35,988 bases of DNA from Bacteroidales bacterium (GCA_016936695.1 JAFGXK010000154.1:1-35988); one strand, 5' to 3'; positions 7,751 to 18,803 are shown, numbered from the stretch's first letter. Notes: generated from the sequence alone by a model not told the origin. Program-made: numbers and translations.

Positions 7751-8935
7751 CTAATTATTTTTTGAAATCCACAATTCGGGATCCAATTTATCAGTCTCGT
7801 CAAATATCATAAATTTCAGCACCGCTTTGTCTCCGTCATCCTTGTCATTAAAAACACGTCCAATAACCTGACCTGTTTGAACCTTGTCTCCTTTCTTAAC
7901 CTTCACTTCAATAATATTCTGATATACCGTCCGGTATTTTCCATGTCTTATTATGACAGCCATATTTGCGCCCCGTATCGTGAATACCTGCGCAACCTCA
8001 CCCATGAAAACTGATTTTACCGGCGTGGATCCCGAACTTGTTATTTCAATATCTATATTCTCCTCCGTAACGTATTTCAGCACAGGGTGTTTCTGTAATC
8101 CAAAATGTCCTGTGATCACACCTTTATCAACAGGCCATGTTAGTCTTCCCTTATTCTCCATAAAATTATCACTCAGTACTCGTTGCTCCGCACTGAGTTC
8201 AGATGTTATTGTCTTCTTCCTCTCTTCTTCTATCAGCTTATTGATCTCGCTCTCTATCCTTCTCGCGATTCTCCTCTTTTCATCAAGTTCCCTTTGCAAC
8301 TGGGTTTCCTTGCTTCCCAACGTCTTTACTATCCTTTGCTGCTTGTCCCTTTCATCCTGCAGCAGATACTTCTGCTGATCCTCCCTTGCTTTTAACAGCG
8401 AAATCCTGGCCAGGTCCTCCTCCATTTTCTTCCTCGATAGTTCAATCTCGCTTTTCAGTTCCATTATGATTTCCGATTCCTGCCTTCTGAACTTGGTAAC
8501 CTGCTGCAAATATTTTAACCTCTTGTAGCCCTGGTTAAAATCCTTTGCCGACAGAATATATGCAATTTCATTATTTGCTTTTGACGACCTGAACGAACTT
8601 AGTAAAGCCTGTTCATATTCCTTTTTCAGAACCTTAAGATCACCTTCCATCATTTCAATGGCCAGATTGTTTAGTTCTATCCTGTCGTTGAGAAGTGAAA
8701 TCTCATCCTGCAATCCCTTTACTACCGATTCCCTCAGATTCAGCTTTCTGCTGATCATATTGAGTTCACTAAGGCTCTCTTTTTTCTCCTTTGAAGTCTG
8801 TTTAAGCAGATTGTCGACATATGAAATCTCCTGAAGAGTCTTTTGGCGTTGCTCTTCAAGATCCTTCCTTGTCTGTGCGCCGGCTTCAGAATAAAAAACC
8901 GAAAGGACAAAAACTGCAGTCAATAACCTTCTCAT
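7751..8935 (-). CDS. EnvC-like murein hydrolase activator (signal peptide, coiled coil, degenerate LytM/M23 domain)
   Basis: 394-aa ORF. It has an N-terminal signal peptide, a long E/K/Q/L-rich coiled coil and a C-terminal M23-like domain (VIIRHGKYRTVYQN, KKGDKVQTGQVIG). The expected catalytic HxxxD and HxH positions read NIDIEI and LKFMIF, which points to an activator rather than an active peptidase. Confidence 0.75.
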   Translation of the reverse strand: MRRLLTAVFVLSVFYSEAGAQTRKDLEEQRQKTLQEISYVDNLLKQTSKEKKESLSELNMISRKLNLRESVVKGLQDEISLLNDRIELNNLAIEMMEGDLKVLKKEYEQALLSSFRSSKANNEIAYILSAKDFNQGYKRLKYLQQVTKFRRQESEIIMELKSEIELSRKKMEEDLARISLLKAREDQQKYLLQDERDKQQRIVKTLGSKETQLQRELDEKRRIARRIESEINKLIEEERKKTITSELSAEQRVLSDNFMENKGRLTWPVDKGVITGHFGLQKHPVLKYVTEENIDIEITSSGSTPVKSVFMGEVAQVFTIRGANMAVIIRHGKYRTVYQNIIEVKVKKGDKVQTGQVIGRVFNDKDDGDKAVLKFMIFDETDKLDPELWISKNN

Positions 8936-9699
8936 CTGATTTTCACTACTCTGTAACCCTGACCTCCAACCGTTCCGATACTTCCCGACCAGGGACTCTC
9001 CATCCTTTTAATCTCTATCTCAATATCAAGCTCCTTCAGATCATCGTTTATAACTATTTTCTCAGGATACGTAATATTCCCATCCTTTACTATACCAGAT
9101 AGCAAAATAGTTATATTTCCTGTCCTGAAATCACCCTCAAGATATACTTTCCTTAACTTTCGCCTCTGGCAGTCGACAGTGTATTCTACATTTCTTCCTT
9201 CCACGTTATACTCCCTTCTGAAATCACCTCTCTGACAGTTCATAATACTTCTGTAATCGTCCTTTTCAACTATCATATCCCCCAATATGACATAAATGAG
9301 AGCCGGATCGATCCCGTATTTCGACCTGATTTCTTCAGGATCACCAACCATCAGCTTGCGGTTGAACCTGTCGTTTACAATAACCGTGTCTCCTGTAAGG
9401 AAGCCCTTGCCTGCCTCAACTCCAATGCCTGATCTTACTGAAATCATCAGTGAATCTGGCCTTCTGAACTTTATCGAAGCATTCAGGTGTACAGTCACAT
9501 TCTCCTGCCTGACTTTGATATCGGCCCTCCGAATATAAAAATCGTTGTTTGTAAGATTATTTAATAAGACCGTTTCAAGCCCGTTTCCGGCAGTTTCATC
9601 CCTGGTTGTACCCACATCTGTCCTTCCGGCCTTTCTCGCTGTAGAACAAGCGGAAAACACAAGAGATAGCATAAGTACTATGCGGACTATCTTTTGCAA
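8932..9699 (-). CDS. Lipoprotein, probably DUF4292/LolB-like (tentative family call)
   Basis: 255-aa ORF with the lipobox-like signal LSLVFSACS. In Bacteroidota this position between the TPR gene and the LytM gene is, from memory, occupied by DUF4292. It overlaps its neighbours by 4 bp and 13 bp. Confidence 0.55.
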   Translation of the reverse strand: MQKIVRIVLMLSLVFSACSTARKAGRTDVGTTRDETAGNGLETVLLNNLTNNDFYIRRADIKVRQENVTVHLNASIKFRRPDSLMISVRSGIGVEAGKGFLTGDTVIVNDRFNRKLMVGDPEEIRSKYGIDPALIYVILGDMIVEKDDYRSIMNCQRGDFRREYNVEGRNVEYTVDCQRRKLRKVYLEGDFRTGNITILLSGIVKDGNITYPEKIVINDDLKELDIEIEIKRMESPWSGSIGTVGGQGYRVVKIR

Positions 9700-11408
9700 T
9701 TTTCTATCTCCTCCTTCAAGTTTGATTTCGTATTATCAATGTTAACGGCCTTTTCAAAATATACCACTGCGTCCCTGCATTTCTTCATACTTTTGAGTAT
9801 ATACCCGTAATGCTCGTAATATTCTGCATCTTGAGCCTCACCGGAGTTTATTATCCTCTCCATTATTCTGGCGGCCTCCCTTGATTTTCCTCTCTTATAG
9901 AGAACCCAGGCATAGGTATCCAGGAACGTGTTGTTATCTGTCTCCTTGATTATAACCGTCTTTGCCATTTCCTCAGCCTCTTTAAGATTCATATTCTGTT
10001 CGGCAAGGTAATATGCATAATTATTCATCAAAGTAAGATCGCTGTCGTCCATTTTCATTGCTTCCTCATAGGTTTTGAATGCCTCATCATAGTTCCGGCT
10101 TCTGTAATGGACGTCCGCTCTCATTGTAAGAATCTGAAGCTTGAGCTCCCGGTTGTCACCTGCAAGAATATCAGCTTTCCTCAGCTCTTCAAGGGCGACA
10201 TCAAAGTCCTCGTTTTCAAGTGCTCCTGTGGCAAAAAGCATCTTCGCAATAACGGAACGGTTGAACCTTGTGGCGCATTCCTCTCCTTTCGTCTGAAGCA
10301 TCCTGTAATTCTTCAGGTCGTAATAAACCAGCAGCAGCTTTTCCCACGCGTAATAATTGTCCGGATTAGCTTTTATTATCTCCTCCAGCCGTGATGCAGC
10401 ACCCTCATTATTGCCTGCCTTTTGCAGCAACTCAGGTCTAAGCAGTATCACAAGGTCGTCATCGGGATATGAGGATTCAAGTATCATTACCGAGATCTCC
10501 ATTTTCTTTATATGATCCTTGAGTATTTCCTTATTTCCTATCAGTTCATCAATAAGAGATACCTTTTCCTCCTTGTTGATCTGGCCGTTTAAAAGAACAA
10601 TACCTACAAGATCAAACAGCTCGTCAAAGTTCTTTTGCTCAAGCATGAACTCACACAGCGAAAGTTGTATTGCCGGATTACCCGGATTCCGTTCGATAAG
10701 TCTGTTATAAACTTCCCTTGCTTTTTCAGGTAAGCCCTCCTGCCTGTAAATCCCGGCACGATATCCGTTAAAAACTATATTTTCCGGATCTGTTTCAAGA
10801 AGTTGTCCTATCTTAACGTGTGCCTCAGTGTAATTACCTTCTGCCACTAGATTATCGATCAGGCTCAGGGTCGTACTCTCATTTACACCAAATCGCTCAT
10901 CAATGTTATTAAGAAGTTTCCGGGCTTTTTCAAAATTGTTGTTCTGAGAATACAGCTTTGCAAGCGTCACCTGAAGATCGATCTTCTCCGGGCTTCCCTT
11001 AACTGCTCTCTCGTAACACAATATGGCACTGTCGATGTTATTCTGCTGGTGATAAATTCCAGCCATCATCATGTTGTACCACAAATTGCCGGGTTGCAGT
11101 TCGCATGCCCTGAGTGCATATTTTTTTCCACTATTGAAGTCGCCTCTAGACAGCACTATCTGTGCCATATGATAATAGGCAGCATCGCTTTCGGGATTAA
11201 GGACAAGGCTCTGCTCAAAGAATTTCAGAGCATCGCCGCCATTACCCATCAGTTTATGTCTTACCGCCTCCACAAACAGATAATCAAATGCCGCCTGATC
11301 GTATTCCTTGCCTGCCTTTAAGCCTGGTATAAGCTTTTTGCTGCATGACATCAAGGTCAGAATGGCAGCCAGTAAAAGTATTATTGTTTTTATTCTTCTC
11401 ATTATCAA
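9687..11408 (-). CDS. Tetratricopeptide-repeat (TPR) lipoprotein
   Basis: 573-aa ORF with the signal plus Cys LTLMSCS. It has many 34-residue TPR-like units with the A/Y/G/P pattern, for example [31 protein letters not shown]. Confidence 0.8.
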   Translation of the reverse strand: MIMRRIKTIILLLAAILTLMSCSKKLIPGLKAGKEYDQAAFDYLFVEAVRHKLMGNGGDALKFFEQSLVLNPESDAAYYHMAQIVLSRGDFNSGKKYALRACELQPGNLWYNMMMAGIYHQQNNIDSAILCYERAVKGSPEKIDLQVTLAKLYSQNNNFEKARKLLNNIDERFGVNESTTLSLIDNLVAEGNYTEAHVKIGQLLETDPENIVFNGYRAGIYRQEGLPEKAREVYNRLIERNPGNPAIQLSLCEFMLEQKNFDELFDLVGIVLLNGQINKEEKVSLIDELIGNKEILKDHIKKMEISVMILESSYPDDDLVILLRPELLQKAGNNEGAASRLEEIIKANPDNYYAWEKLLLVYYDLKNYRMLQTKGEECATRFNRSVIAKMLFATGALENEDFDVALEELRKADILAGDNRELKLQILTMRADVHYRSRNYDEAFKTYEEAMKMDDSDLTLMNNYAYYLAEQNMNLKEAEEMAKTVIIKETDNNTFLDTYAWVLYKRGKSREAARIMERIINSGEAQDAEYYEHYGYILKSMKKCRDAVVYFEKAVNIDNTKSNLKEEIENCKR

Positions 11409-11839
11409 TGCTTTCCCGTATGTCCAAAACCTCCTGCTCCCCTTTGCGTGTCTTCCAGTTCATTGGTTTCAATCCATTCTGCTTTTTCGTGCCTTGAAAC
11501 AATCATCTGACAAATCCTTTCACCATCCTTAATAACGAATTTTTCAGCCGACAGGTTCACCAGGATCACACGAACCTCTCCCCTGTAATCAGCATCAATC
11601 GTGCCAGGTGAGTTAAGAACCGTAATTCCGTGCTTTATTGCCAGTCCGCTCCTGGGTCTGATCTGTGCTTCATACCCGGCCGGAATTTCAAGAAAAAGAC
11701 CAGTATTCACTAAAACCCGGGCCAGGGGTTCAAGAACTATCTCTTCATCTATATTCGCCCTGAGGTCCACTCCTGCTGAACGTTCCGTTGTATATTCAGG
11801 CAATTTGTGCCGTGACTTGTTTATTATCCTTATTTTCAT
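11405..11839 (-). CDS. dut: dUTP diphosphatase
   Basis: 144-aa ORF with the motifs [37 protein letters not shown] and [10 protein letters not shown]. Confidence 0.92.
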   Translation of the reverse strand: MKIRIINKSRHKLPEYTTERSAGVDLRANIDEEIVLEPLARVLVNTGLFLEIPAGYEAQIRPRSGLAIKHGITVLNSPGTIDADYRGEVRVILVNLSAEKFVIKDGERICQMIVSRHEKAEWIETNELEDTQRGAGGFGHTGKH

Positions 11840-13308
11840 TTCTTCTTCCTGATAATTAGGCTTAATATCCTGTCCCTGTATTGTGCAAAAGCGATAAAAA
11901 TAAGTATTAATGCCGTATTTACAGCAAGTTCTGCAACAATCCCCGGATATTTAAAGTATTTCCCGAAAAGAACCATCGCTATTGCAATGGCAAAATACGG
12001 GATATACTGCTTCATGTCGTAGTCGACCTTAAATCGCTTTTGGGCAAATATAAAAGACACTATTATCATGGATCCGTACGATGCCACATGTGCCCATGCC
12101 GAAGCCATATATCCGTATACCGGGATCAGCAAAACATTTATCAGCACTGTTATGGCTGCACCAATAAGGGTAATATAAATCCCGAATCGTGTCAGGTCGT
12201 TGAGCTTGTACCAGATGCTGTGATTAATATATATTCCATAAAACAGGTAGCCCATTGCCACTATGGGCACCACTCCGATCGCACCTCTGAAATCCTTTCC
12301 GATAATTAATTGAAAACCTGATATATACAGGTTAATCCCCAGATAGATTAATAGCATGGCGATAATGAAATATTTCATCACTGATGCATAGGTCTGCTTT
12401 GAATCCGGATGTTTCGCTCTCTCAAAAAAGAACGGTTCGGCTGCAAACCTGAACATCTGTATGAAGAGAGCCATCAGTACAGCAATTTTGTATCCCGCGC
12501 CATATTCCCCAACAATGGCAAGCCCATTTTCCTCGCCTGTCATCCGCCTCAGAATGACCTTGTCCAGAGTGTCATTGACAGATCCGCTCAGTCCGGTAAT
12601 CAGCAAAGGAATCGAATAGGCCATCATTCTTTTCCATAGTTCACGGTCGAATACAGCCCTTCTCAGAATAACGAAAGGCATAAGCATCATCAATGTTGCT
12701 GCGCTTCCTATGAGGTTAGCCAGAAAAACATAACCCACACCGTAACCAGGATCATAGATCTTCCGGAACCATCCATGGCTTCTTTCATAGATACCCGGGG
12801 CAATAAGAAGAAGAAAGATTACCGATACAATGATTATTACAACATTTGCAATCTTTATCGCGCTGAAAATAAACGCCCTGTTCTCCCTTCTAAGCCTTGC
12901 AAAAGGAATTGCAGCGAAAGCATCAATAGCCACTATAGCCGCGAACATCCTTATATAGTCGGGGTTGTTGCTGTATTTCAGGACAGCCGAAACCGGCCCG
13001 ATAAAGATATTTATGAGTATCAGAAATGCAGCAGATGTAACCAGAAGACTGATCAGTGTGGTGCTGTAAACCTTTTCATAATCCTTGCTGTTTTGCGAAA
13101 ACCTGAAAAAACCTGTCTCCATTCCATAAGTCAGAACAATAAGAAGGAAAACCATCCATGCATACAGTTCCGTAATCACGCCATATTCAGCTCTTGTAAA
13201 AATTCTGGTGTAGAATAAGGTCACAACCCCATAGTTAAGGAACCGCGGGACAATGGTTCCCAATCCGTATACTACAGTCTGCTTTGCTAATGTCCTGACT
13301 TCGTTCAC
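11836..13308 (-). CDS. Polysaccharide/oligosaccharide flippase family membrane protein (MOP/Wzx-like)
   Basis: 490-aa ORF, highly hydrophobic with many predicted TM segments and a GTG start. Its position upstream of dut and its length fit polysaccharide-biosynthesis flippases. Confidence 0.7.
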   Translation of the reverse strand: MNEVRTLAKQTVVYGLGTIVPRFLNYGVVTLFYTRIFTRAEYGVITELYAWMVFLLIVLTYGMETGFFRFSQNSKDYEKVYSTTLISLLVTSAAFLILINIFIGPVSAVLKYSNNPDYIRMFAAIVAIDAFAAIPFARLRRENRAFIFSAIKIANVVIIIVSVIFLLLIAPGIYERSHGWFRKIYDPGYGVGYVFLANLIGSAATLMMLMPFVILRRAVFDRELWKRMMAYSIPLLITGLSGSVNDTLDKVILRRMTGEENGLAIVGEYGAGYKIAVLMALFIQMFRFAAEPFFFERAKHPDSKQTYASVMKYFIIAMLLIYLGINLYISGFQLIIGKDFRGAIGVVPIVAMGYLFYGIYINHSIWYKLNDLTRFGIYITLIGAAITVLINVLLIPVYGYMASAWAHVASYGSMIIVSFIFAQKRFKVDYDMKQYIPYFAIAIAMVLFGKYFKYPGIVAELAVNTALILIFIAFAQYRDRILSLIIRKKK

Positions 13309-13418
13309 CTTACTTAATTCCTTTCACGCTTTTCCCTGGTGTTCTTCTTCCTGTAAAGAGTGAGAACGGAAAAAGATTCATTTTAAAATCATTTCTTTCA
13401 TGATCGCGCAAAGTTAAA

Positions 13419-13426
13419 TATCTTTG
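13419..13426 (+). promoter_or_regulatory. Bacteroidota-type -7 promoter box TATCTTTG (consensus TAnnTTTG) upstream of the PPIase gene
   Basis: Exact consensus match 43 nt upstream of the ATG at 13469, in a divergent intergenic region. Confidence 0.35.
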
Positions 13427-13468
13427 CCCTCAGATTAGCAGAACGTTATTAACCAATAAGAAATTTTC

Positions 13469-14281
13469 ATGAACACAGTCTTCAGATACCTCATCGCCAC
13501 AGCCTTTCTTGTCACCATTGCATCGTGCAGCACCAGCGGCGGTAATGAGAATACTATGGTACTAATCAAAACAACTTCAGGAGATATAAAAGTAAAACTA
13601 TATGATGGCACTCCCCTTCATCGTGACAATTTCATAAAACTTGTGAATATGGGTTTTTACGACGGCATATCCTTCCACCGTGTCATCAGGGATTTCATGA
13701 TTCAGGCCGGTGACCCCTCAACAAGGACCGGTCTTACTAAGGAACAGCTTGATACACTTGACACCTACACCGTCCCGGCTGAATTCCGCAGGGAATACTA
13801 TCACAAAAAGGGTGCTCTGGCTGCTGCAAGAGAGGGCAATAATGTCAATCCTTCCATGAAATCGTCAGGGACCCAGTTTTACATCGTCCAGGGTAAAAAG
13901 TACACATCCGAAGAACTGAAAACAGCCGAAGAAAGGCTTAACAGCGGCCTAAGGCAGGTTGTCTTCAGTAAATTCATCAGGGAAACAGCCGACAGCGCAA
14001 GTGTTTCGGGCACTCCCCTTTCTGAAAGTGAAATTCAGGAAAGTGCTTCCCTGAAAATGTTTAATTACCTAACCGCCGAAGGCGAATATAAATTTTCACA
14101 GGAACAAATTGATGCCTATATGAACGTTGGAGGTGTCCCGCGTCTTGACGCCACCTATACTGTCTTTGGTGAAGTTGTTGAGGGATTGGAAATTGTTGAT
14201 AAAATTGCAGGTTCGCCGACCAACCAGGCCGACAAGCCGGTCAACTATATCAGGATCATCAGTATGAAAGTGCTGAACTAA
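13469..14281 (+). CDS. Cyclophilin-type peptidyl-prolyl cis-trans isomerase (lipoprotein, with an internal insertion)
   Basis: 270-aa ORF with the signal plus Cys VTIASCS, the cyclophilin signature FHRVIRDFMIQAGDP, and the C-terminal YTVFGEVVEGLEIVDKI. Confidence 0.88.
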   Translation: MNTVFRYLIATAFLVTIASCSTSGGNENTMVLIKTTSGDIKVKLYDGTPLHRDNFIKLVNMGFYDGISFHRVIRDFMIQAGDPSTRTGLTKEQLDTLDTYTVPAEFRREYYHKKGALAAAREGNNVNPSMKSSGTQFYIVQGKKYTSEELKTAEERLNSGLRQVVFSKFIRETADSASVSGTPLSESEIQESASLKMFNYLTAEGEYKFSQEQIDAYMNVGGVPRLDATYTVFGEVVEGLEIVDKIAGSPTNQADKPVNYIRIISMKVLN

Positions 14282-14288
14282 CCAGCAA

Positions 14289-14314
14289 CCCTCTTTCGCT
14301 AAAGCTTCAGAGGG
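14289..14314 (+). terminator. Hairpin CCCTCT-(14 nt)-AGAGGG just after the PPIase stop; weak terminator candidate
   Basis: 6-bp stem read directly. The loop contains GCTAAAGC. No U-run follows. Confidence 0.3.
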
Positions 14315-14320
14315 CAAAGC

Positions 14321-14355
14321 CAGCAACCAGTAACCAGCAACCAGCAACCATCAAC
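14321..14355. repeat. Five tandem copies of a 7-bp unit (CAGCAAC CAGTAAC CAGCAAC CAGCAAC CATCAAC)
   Basis: Read directly. It lies between the PPIase stop and the pheS start. Confidence 0.85.
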
Positions 14356-14392
14356 TTGAATAACTAAATCTTGTTATAAAAAGAATTTTAAA

Positions 14393-15433
14393 ATGCTTGA
14401 TAAAATCAAAAGCCTCCTCGAAGAGGTAGATTCAGTAAAAGTAGCTTCATCTTCAGAACTTGAATCGTTCAGGCTGAAATACCTGAGCAAAAAGGGATTG
14501 ATTACATCCTTATTTGAAGATTTCAGGGAAGTGTCATCCGAGCTCAAGAGGGACGTGGGTCAGAAGCTCAATGAATTGAAACAAAAAGCACAGGATAGAT
14601 ATAATTCCCTTAAGAAAGAGCTTGAATCTACTGATGAATCGGATACTGAAAATGATCTTACCCGCCCGGCATTTCCTTATCCTTCCGGTTCACGTCATCC
14701 CATTTCCCTGGTCAGAAAGGAAATAATAGATATCTTCTCCAGGATTGGCTTCACAGTGTCAGAAGGACCCGAGATTGAGGATGATGACCACGTCTTCACC
14801 AAACTGAATTTTGCTCCCGAGCATCCCGCGAGGGATATGCAGGACACTTTCTACATATTCAGGAACTCACCGGAAGACTCAAATCCTGCCGACATACTTC
14901 TGCGCACACACACCTCCTCGGTTCAGGTGAGGGTGATGCACAATCAGAAGCCTCCTATCAGGACCATCTCTCCCGGCAGAGTCTTCAGAAATGAAGCCAT
15001 ATCGGCCAGGGCCCATTGTATCTTTCACCAGATAGAGGGATTGTACATCGATGCTAATGTATCGTTTGCCGACCTGAAACAAACCCTTCTTTTCTTTGCC
15101 CGCGAACTTTACGGCAAGGAAACCCGGATCCGACTCAGGCCGTCGTACTTCCCTTTCACCGAACCTTCGGCCGAAATGGATGTAAGCTGCACAATATGCG
15201 GAGGCTTAGGATGCAATGTTTGTAAATATACCGGCTGGCTCGAAGTGCTCGGATGCGGAATGGTACATCCCAATGTGCTGGAAGCCTGTGGTATTGATAG
15301 CAAAAAGTATACGGGCTTTGCCTTCGGCATGGGTATCGAACGTGCCGCGATGCTTAAGTATCAGGTTAACGATCTGAGGCTCTATTTTGAAAATGACCTG
15401 AGATTTCTTGATCAGTTTAAAACGGTTTTGTAG
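14393..15433 (+). CDS. pheS: Phenylalanine--tRNA ligase alpha subunit
   Basis: 346-aa ORF with class II aaRS motifs: HPARDMQDTFY, FRNEAISARAHCIFHQIEG and GFAFGMGIERAAML. Confidence 0.95.
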   Translation: MLDKIKSLLEEVDSVKVASSSELESFRLKYLSKKGLITSLFEDFREVSSELKRDVGQKLNELKQKAQDRYNSLKKELESTDESDTENDLTRPAFPYPSGSRHPISLVRKEIIDIFSRIGFTVSEGPEIEDDDHVFTKLNFAPEHPARDMQDTFYIFRNSPEDSNPADILLRTHTSSVQVRVMHNQKPPIRTISPGRVFRNEAISARAHCIFHQIEGLYIDANVSFADLKQTLLFFARELYGKETRIRLRPSYFPFTEPSAEMDVSCTICGGLGCNVCKYTGWLEVLGCGMVHPNVLEACGIDSKKYTGFAFGMGIERAAMLKYQVNDLRLYFENDLRFLDQFKTVL

Positions 15434-15458
15434 TCACCCGCTGATAAAATCCGAAAAA

Positions 15459-16175
15459 ATGAAACAGCATGAAATACATGTTCCGTTATGCGAACGCTGC
15501 GCTCTGCAGAATGTCTCCATATTCAATCACCTCACTCCCGAAGAGGCTGAAATGATCAACTTTGAAAAAGATTTCAGACAGTACAGGCGTGGTGATGTAT
15601 TATATCAGGAAGGAAACAGGATCAGCGGTTTTTATTGCATACACAAAGGGATTATAAAGGTTTTCAAGACAGGTTTCGACGGGAAGGAACAAATAATCAG
15701 ATTTGCAAAAGCAGGCGAAATAATAGCTTACAGAAGTGTCCTCAGCAACGAACCGGCATGCACTTCAGCAAAGGTTATTGAAGACTGCCAGGTGTGTTTC
15801 ATCCCCTCCGAAATATTGATTTCCCTTATTAAAACCAACTCTTCATTCTCGCTTGAATTGCTTAAACTTGCATGCCATGAGCTTGGAGAAGCCAACTCTT
15901 TCATAACCGACATTGCCCAGAAAACAGTAAGGGAAAGGCTTGCCGAGATACTTCTTCTTCTCATGAACGATTTCGGACTCGATGAGCAGAACAATCTCAA
16001 AATATCGCTGACCCGCGAAGAGCTTGCGAATATTGTGGGAACAGCAACCGAATCGGTTATCAGGCTTCTGTCCGAATTCAAGTCCGACAAGCTTGTCGAG
16101 CTGAATGGCAGGAAAATCAGGATTCTTAACAAAAAAGGGCTTGAAAAGATAAGCAATGTTCTTTCAAGGATGTAG
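15459..16175 (+). CDS. Crp/Fnr family transcriptional regulator
   Basis: It has a cNMP-binding-like beta-roll (GDVLYQEGNRISGFYCIHKGIIKV) and a C-terminal HTH (LTREELANIVGTATESVIRLLSEF). I place the start at the ATG at 15459 (MKQHEIH...) rather than track position 15408, which would overlap pheS. Confidence 0.85.
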   Translation: MKQHEIHVPLCERCALQNVSIFNHLTPEEAEMINFEKDFRQYRRGDVLYQEGNRISGFYCIHKGIIKVFKTGFDGKEQIIRFAKAGEIIAYRSVLSNEPACTSAKVIEDCQVCFIPSEILISLIKTNSSFSLELLKLACHELGEANSFITDIAQKTVRERLAEILLLLMNDFGLDEQNNLKISLTREELANIVGTATESVIRLLSEFKSDKLVELNGRKIRILNKKGLEKISNVLSRM

Positions 16176-16180
16176 TCACT

Positions 16181-17209
16181 TCAGAACAGCCTTCCATTGA
16201 GGTCGCGTCCGTAACTCTTTCCCAGGTGCCTGTAAGCATGTTCTGTAGCTTCCCTTCCCCTGGGGGTTCTTTTCAGGTATCCCTCCTTGATAAGGAATGG
16301 CTCGTAAACCTCCTCTATTGTGCCGCTCTCCTCGCCAACTGCAGTTGATATGGTGTTCAGACCGACTGGTCCTCCTCCGAATTTGTCGATTATTGCCAGA
16401 AGTATCCGGTTATCCATTTCATCCAGTCCATGCTGATCAATGTTCAGGGCTTTAAGTCCGTAACGGGTTATATCAAGGTCTATTCTTCCGGAACCCCTAA
16501 CCTGGGCAAAATCCCTTATTCTTCTCAGAAGTGCATTTGCTATCCTGGGCGTTCCCCTGCTGCGCCTGGCTATTTCCTCTGCCGCATCACCGCCTATTTT
16601 GACACCCAGTATGCCTGCCGATCTCTTTACTATTCCAGTCAGAACCTCATGATCGTAATATTCCAGATGAAAAGTGATGCCGAACCGCGCCCTCAAGGGA
16701 CTTGTGAGTAATCCCGAACGGGTTGTTGCTCCGATCAGTGTGAATTTATTCAGTGTAAGCTGAACCGACCTGGCGCTGGGTCCTTTGTCGAGCATGATGT
16801 CGATCTGGTAATCCTCCATCGCCGAATAAAGGTATTCCTCAACTACGGGGCTGAGCCTGTGTATCTCGTCGATAAATAACACATCACCATCCTCCAGATT
16901 GGTAAGCAGACCGGCCAGATCGCCAGGTTTGTCAAGCACCGGACCAGACGTAACCCTGAGGTTTACATGCAGTTCATTGGATATAATTGCTGCAAGAGTG
17001 GTTTTGCCAAGACCCGGAGGTCCGTGAAGAAGCACATGGTCCAGTGATTCCCCTCTTTGCCTTGCTGCAATTACAAAGACCTCGAGATTATCTATTACCT
17101 GCTTCTGACCCTTGAAATCATCAAATGTGACCGGACGGAGCTGCTTCTCAAGCTCCTTTTCGGTATCAGTAAGATTATCTTTCCTTATTTCAAATTTCTC
17201 GTCCATCAA
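16181..17209 (-). CDS. ruvB: Holliday junction branch migration helicase RuvB
   Basis: 342-aa ORF with the Walker A motif [11 protein letters not shown], the Walker B motif LFIDEIHRL and [15 protein letters not shown]. Confidence 0.95.
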   Translation of the reverse strand: MMDEKFEIRKDNLTDTEKELEKQLRPVTFDDFKGQKQVIDNLEVFVIAARQRGESLDHVLLHGPPGLGKTTLAAIISNELHVNLRVTSGPVLDKPGDLAGLLTNLEDGDVLFIDEIHRLSPVVEEYLYSAMEDYQIDIMLDKGPSARSVQLTLNKFTLIGATTRSGLLTSPLRARFGITFHLEYYDHEVLTGIVKRSAGILGVKIGGDAAEEIARRSRGTPRIANALLRRIRDFAQVRGSGRIDLDITRYGLKALNIDQHGLDEMDNRILLAIIDKFGGGPVGLNTISTAVGEESGTIEEVYEPFLIKEGYLKRTPRGREATEHAYRHLGKSYGRDLNGRLF

Positions 17210-17237
17210 AAAACGCTGCCTGTCAGCAGGTGTATTC

Positions 17238-18803
17238 CTATTTAATAAGTTTCACATCTCTTTCCGGAAGCTCAATCTTAACTCCGTTAATGCTAACCTC
17301 CACATCATCCTTGTAAGTTATCATCATAACCTGCATGCCTTCCTCGTCGTATTTTTTCCAAGTCTTTTGCCGGATTCCCGTTCTGTAAAACTGCTCTTCC
17401 TTTACCCTGCCGTTATCGTAGTAATAGGTCAGCTGACCGTCAGGATTGCCCTGATTGTAATTTCCCTTGAACCTCAGAGTACCGTCGGGATAGTATGATT
17501 TCCATAATCCGTCGCGCAAACCTACAATATATTTTCCCTCCTCGGTGTTGTCGCCAGTATCATATTTCCAGTCCCCGTTTTTTTCACCGTCTGTGTAAAC
17601 TCCCTTTGCTATTATCTTTCCATCGGGTGCAAACTCGATGTATTCTCCGTCGCGCTGTCCCTGGAAATATTCTTCCTCCCTGAGAATTGATCCGTTTCCG
17701 TAATACCATTTCCACAATCCGTCAGGCCTTCCGTTATTATACGAACCTGTCTGTTCAAGTTTTCCATCGTTGTTATAAAACTTCCACAGTCCTGTCCGCC
17801 GGTTATCGCTATATTGACCTTCAGCCTGAACTAAGCCATCGGGATACAGATCCTTCCATTTGCCATTAAAGCGTCCGGCTTCGTCTACAATTCCCTCCGA
17901 AACAAGAAGTCCATTGTCATTGTAGACGAAAGCATTTGTCACCTTTCCGTCAGCACCATATTCCCTGTGAACCCCAACGGGTACCTTGTTTCTGAACGGG
18001 CCGCTGTAAACAAGCCGGTTGTTTTCATCATATTTGTTTTCTATCTCAATATCAGGCTGATCTTCAACTTCCGACTTCACTATTGATCCACTGTCGTACA
18101 ACATGGTCATTACCAATACTCCCCTGTTGTCATACTCCTTGAAATATCCGTGAAGAAGATCGTCGCGGTAATTCCTTTCCGTTTTTACACTTCCTGAAGA
18201 ATAGAAATCCTTCCATACACCCTGTTTAAGGCCCTTTCCATCAACCCTGTTTATCCTCTCCCTGCTTACAAGAAAATCATTATTGTATTCCAGGATTGTA
18301 ATTACATTTCCCTCCCTGTCGAACTCCTTCGATAATCCCTCCTTCTTTCCGCCGTTATAGGCTATGGTCTGCTGGATTTTACCATCCGGAAAATAGAAAT
18401 AAGCCATTCCTTCCCTTTTGTCGCCGGCGTAAAGTTCCTGTGTATGAATATAAATTCCTTCGGAGGGATCCTTCCTGTACTTAAATGAATATCCGTTCCT
18501 TTTTCCGAAAAGGTAATTTATTTTTTCTAAAGTGTCGCCTGCCTGGTCAAAAAACACCCATACGCTGTCGAGCTGAAAATTGTTGTATTTTCCTTCCGAC
18601 TTTTTTACTCCGGTCACATAATAGCTAATCCATAATCCGTCTGGCTTTCCGTTTCTTATAATTCCCTCGCTTGAAATTGTTCCGTTTGGATATTTAAATA
18701 TCTGGTAACCGTCCTGCGGGACACCGCCCGACTGTCCGGAAACTGAAAGTCCTGTTAATAAAATAATACAAAGCAATAATATCCTCTTCATCTTATAATC
18801 CAA
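17238..18803 (-). CDS. Secreted MORN-variant / YwqK-like repeat protein
   Basis: 521-aa ORF with a signal peptide and about 20 repeats of the G-x-W-x-x-Y-Y-x-N/D-G-x...E-G-x-Y pattern, for example [34 protein letters not shown]. Confidence 0.7.
   Translation of the reverse strand: MDYKMKRILLLCIILLTGLSVSGQSGGVPQDGYQIFKYPNGTISSEGIIRNGKPDGLWISYYVTGVKKSEGKYNNFQLDSVWVFFDQAGDTLEKINYLFGKRNGYSFKYRKDPSEGIYIHTQELYAGDKREGMAYFYFPDGKIQQTIAYNGGKKEGLSKEFDREGNVITILEYNNDFLVSRERINRVDGKGLKQGVWKDFYSSGSVKTERNYRDDLLHGYFKEYDNRGVLVMTMLYDSGSIVKSEVEDQPDIEIENKYDENNRLVYSGPFRNKVPVGVHREYGADGKVTNAFVYNDNGLLVSEGIVDEAGRFNGKWKDLYPDGLVQAEGQYSDNRRTGLWKFYNNDGKLEQTGSYNNGRPDGLWKWYYGNGSILREEEYFQGQRDGEYIEFAPDGKIIAKGVYTDGEKNGDWKYDTGDNTEEGKYIVGLRDGLWKSYYPDGTLRFKGNYNQGNPDGQLTYYYDNGRVKEEQFYRTGIRQKTWKKYDEEGMQVMMITYKDDVEVSINGVKIELPERDVKLIK

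Noticed and set aside
14321-14355. Phase-variation switch for pheS through heptamer slippage
   Set aside because: There are only five imperfect copies. The array lies upstream of an essential housekeeping gene, and it does not sit between recognisable promoter elements. There is no evidence of variability in a single sequence.
15408-15458. Upstream extensions of start codons: Crp/Fnr at 15408, VanZ-like at 21893 and the CNNM-family gene at TTG 32628
   Set aside because: The extensions add non-conserved residues and overlap or abut neighbouring genes or promoters. Internal ATGs give N-termini typical of the families. The start positions remain somewhat uncertain.
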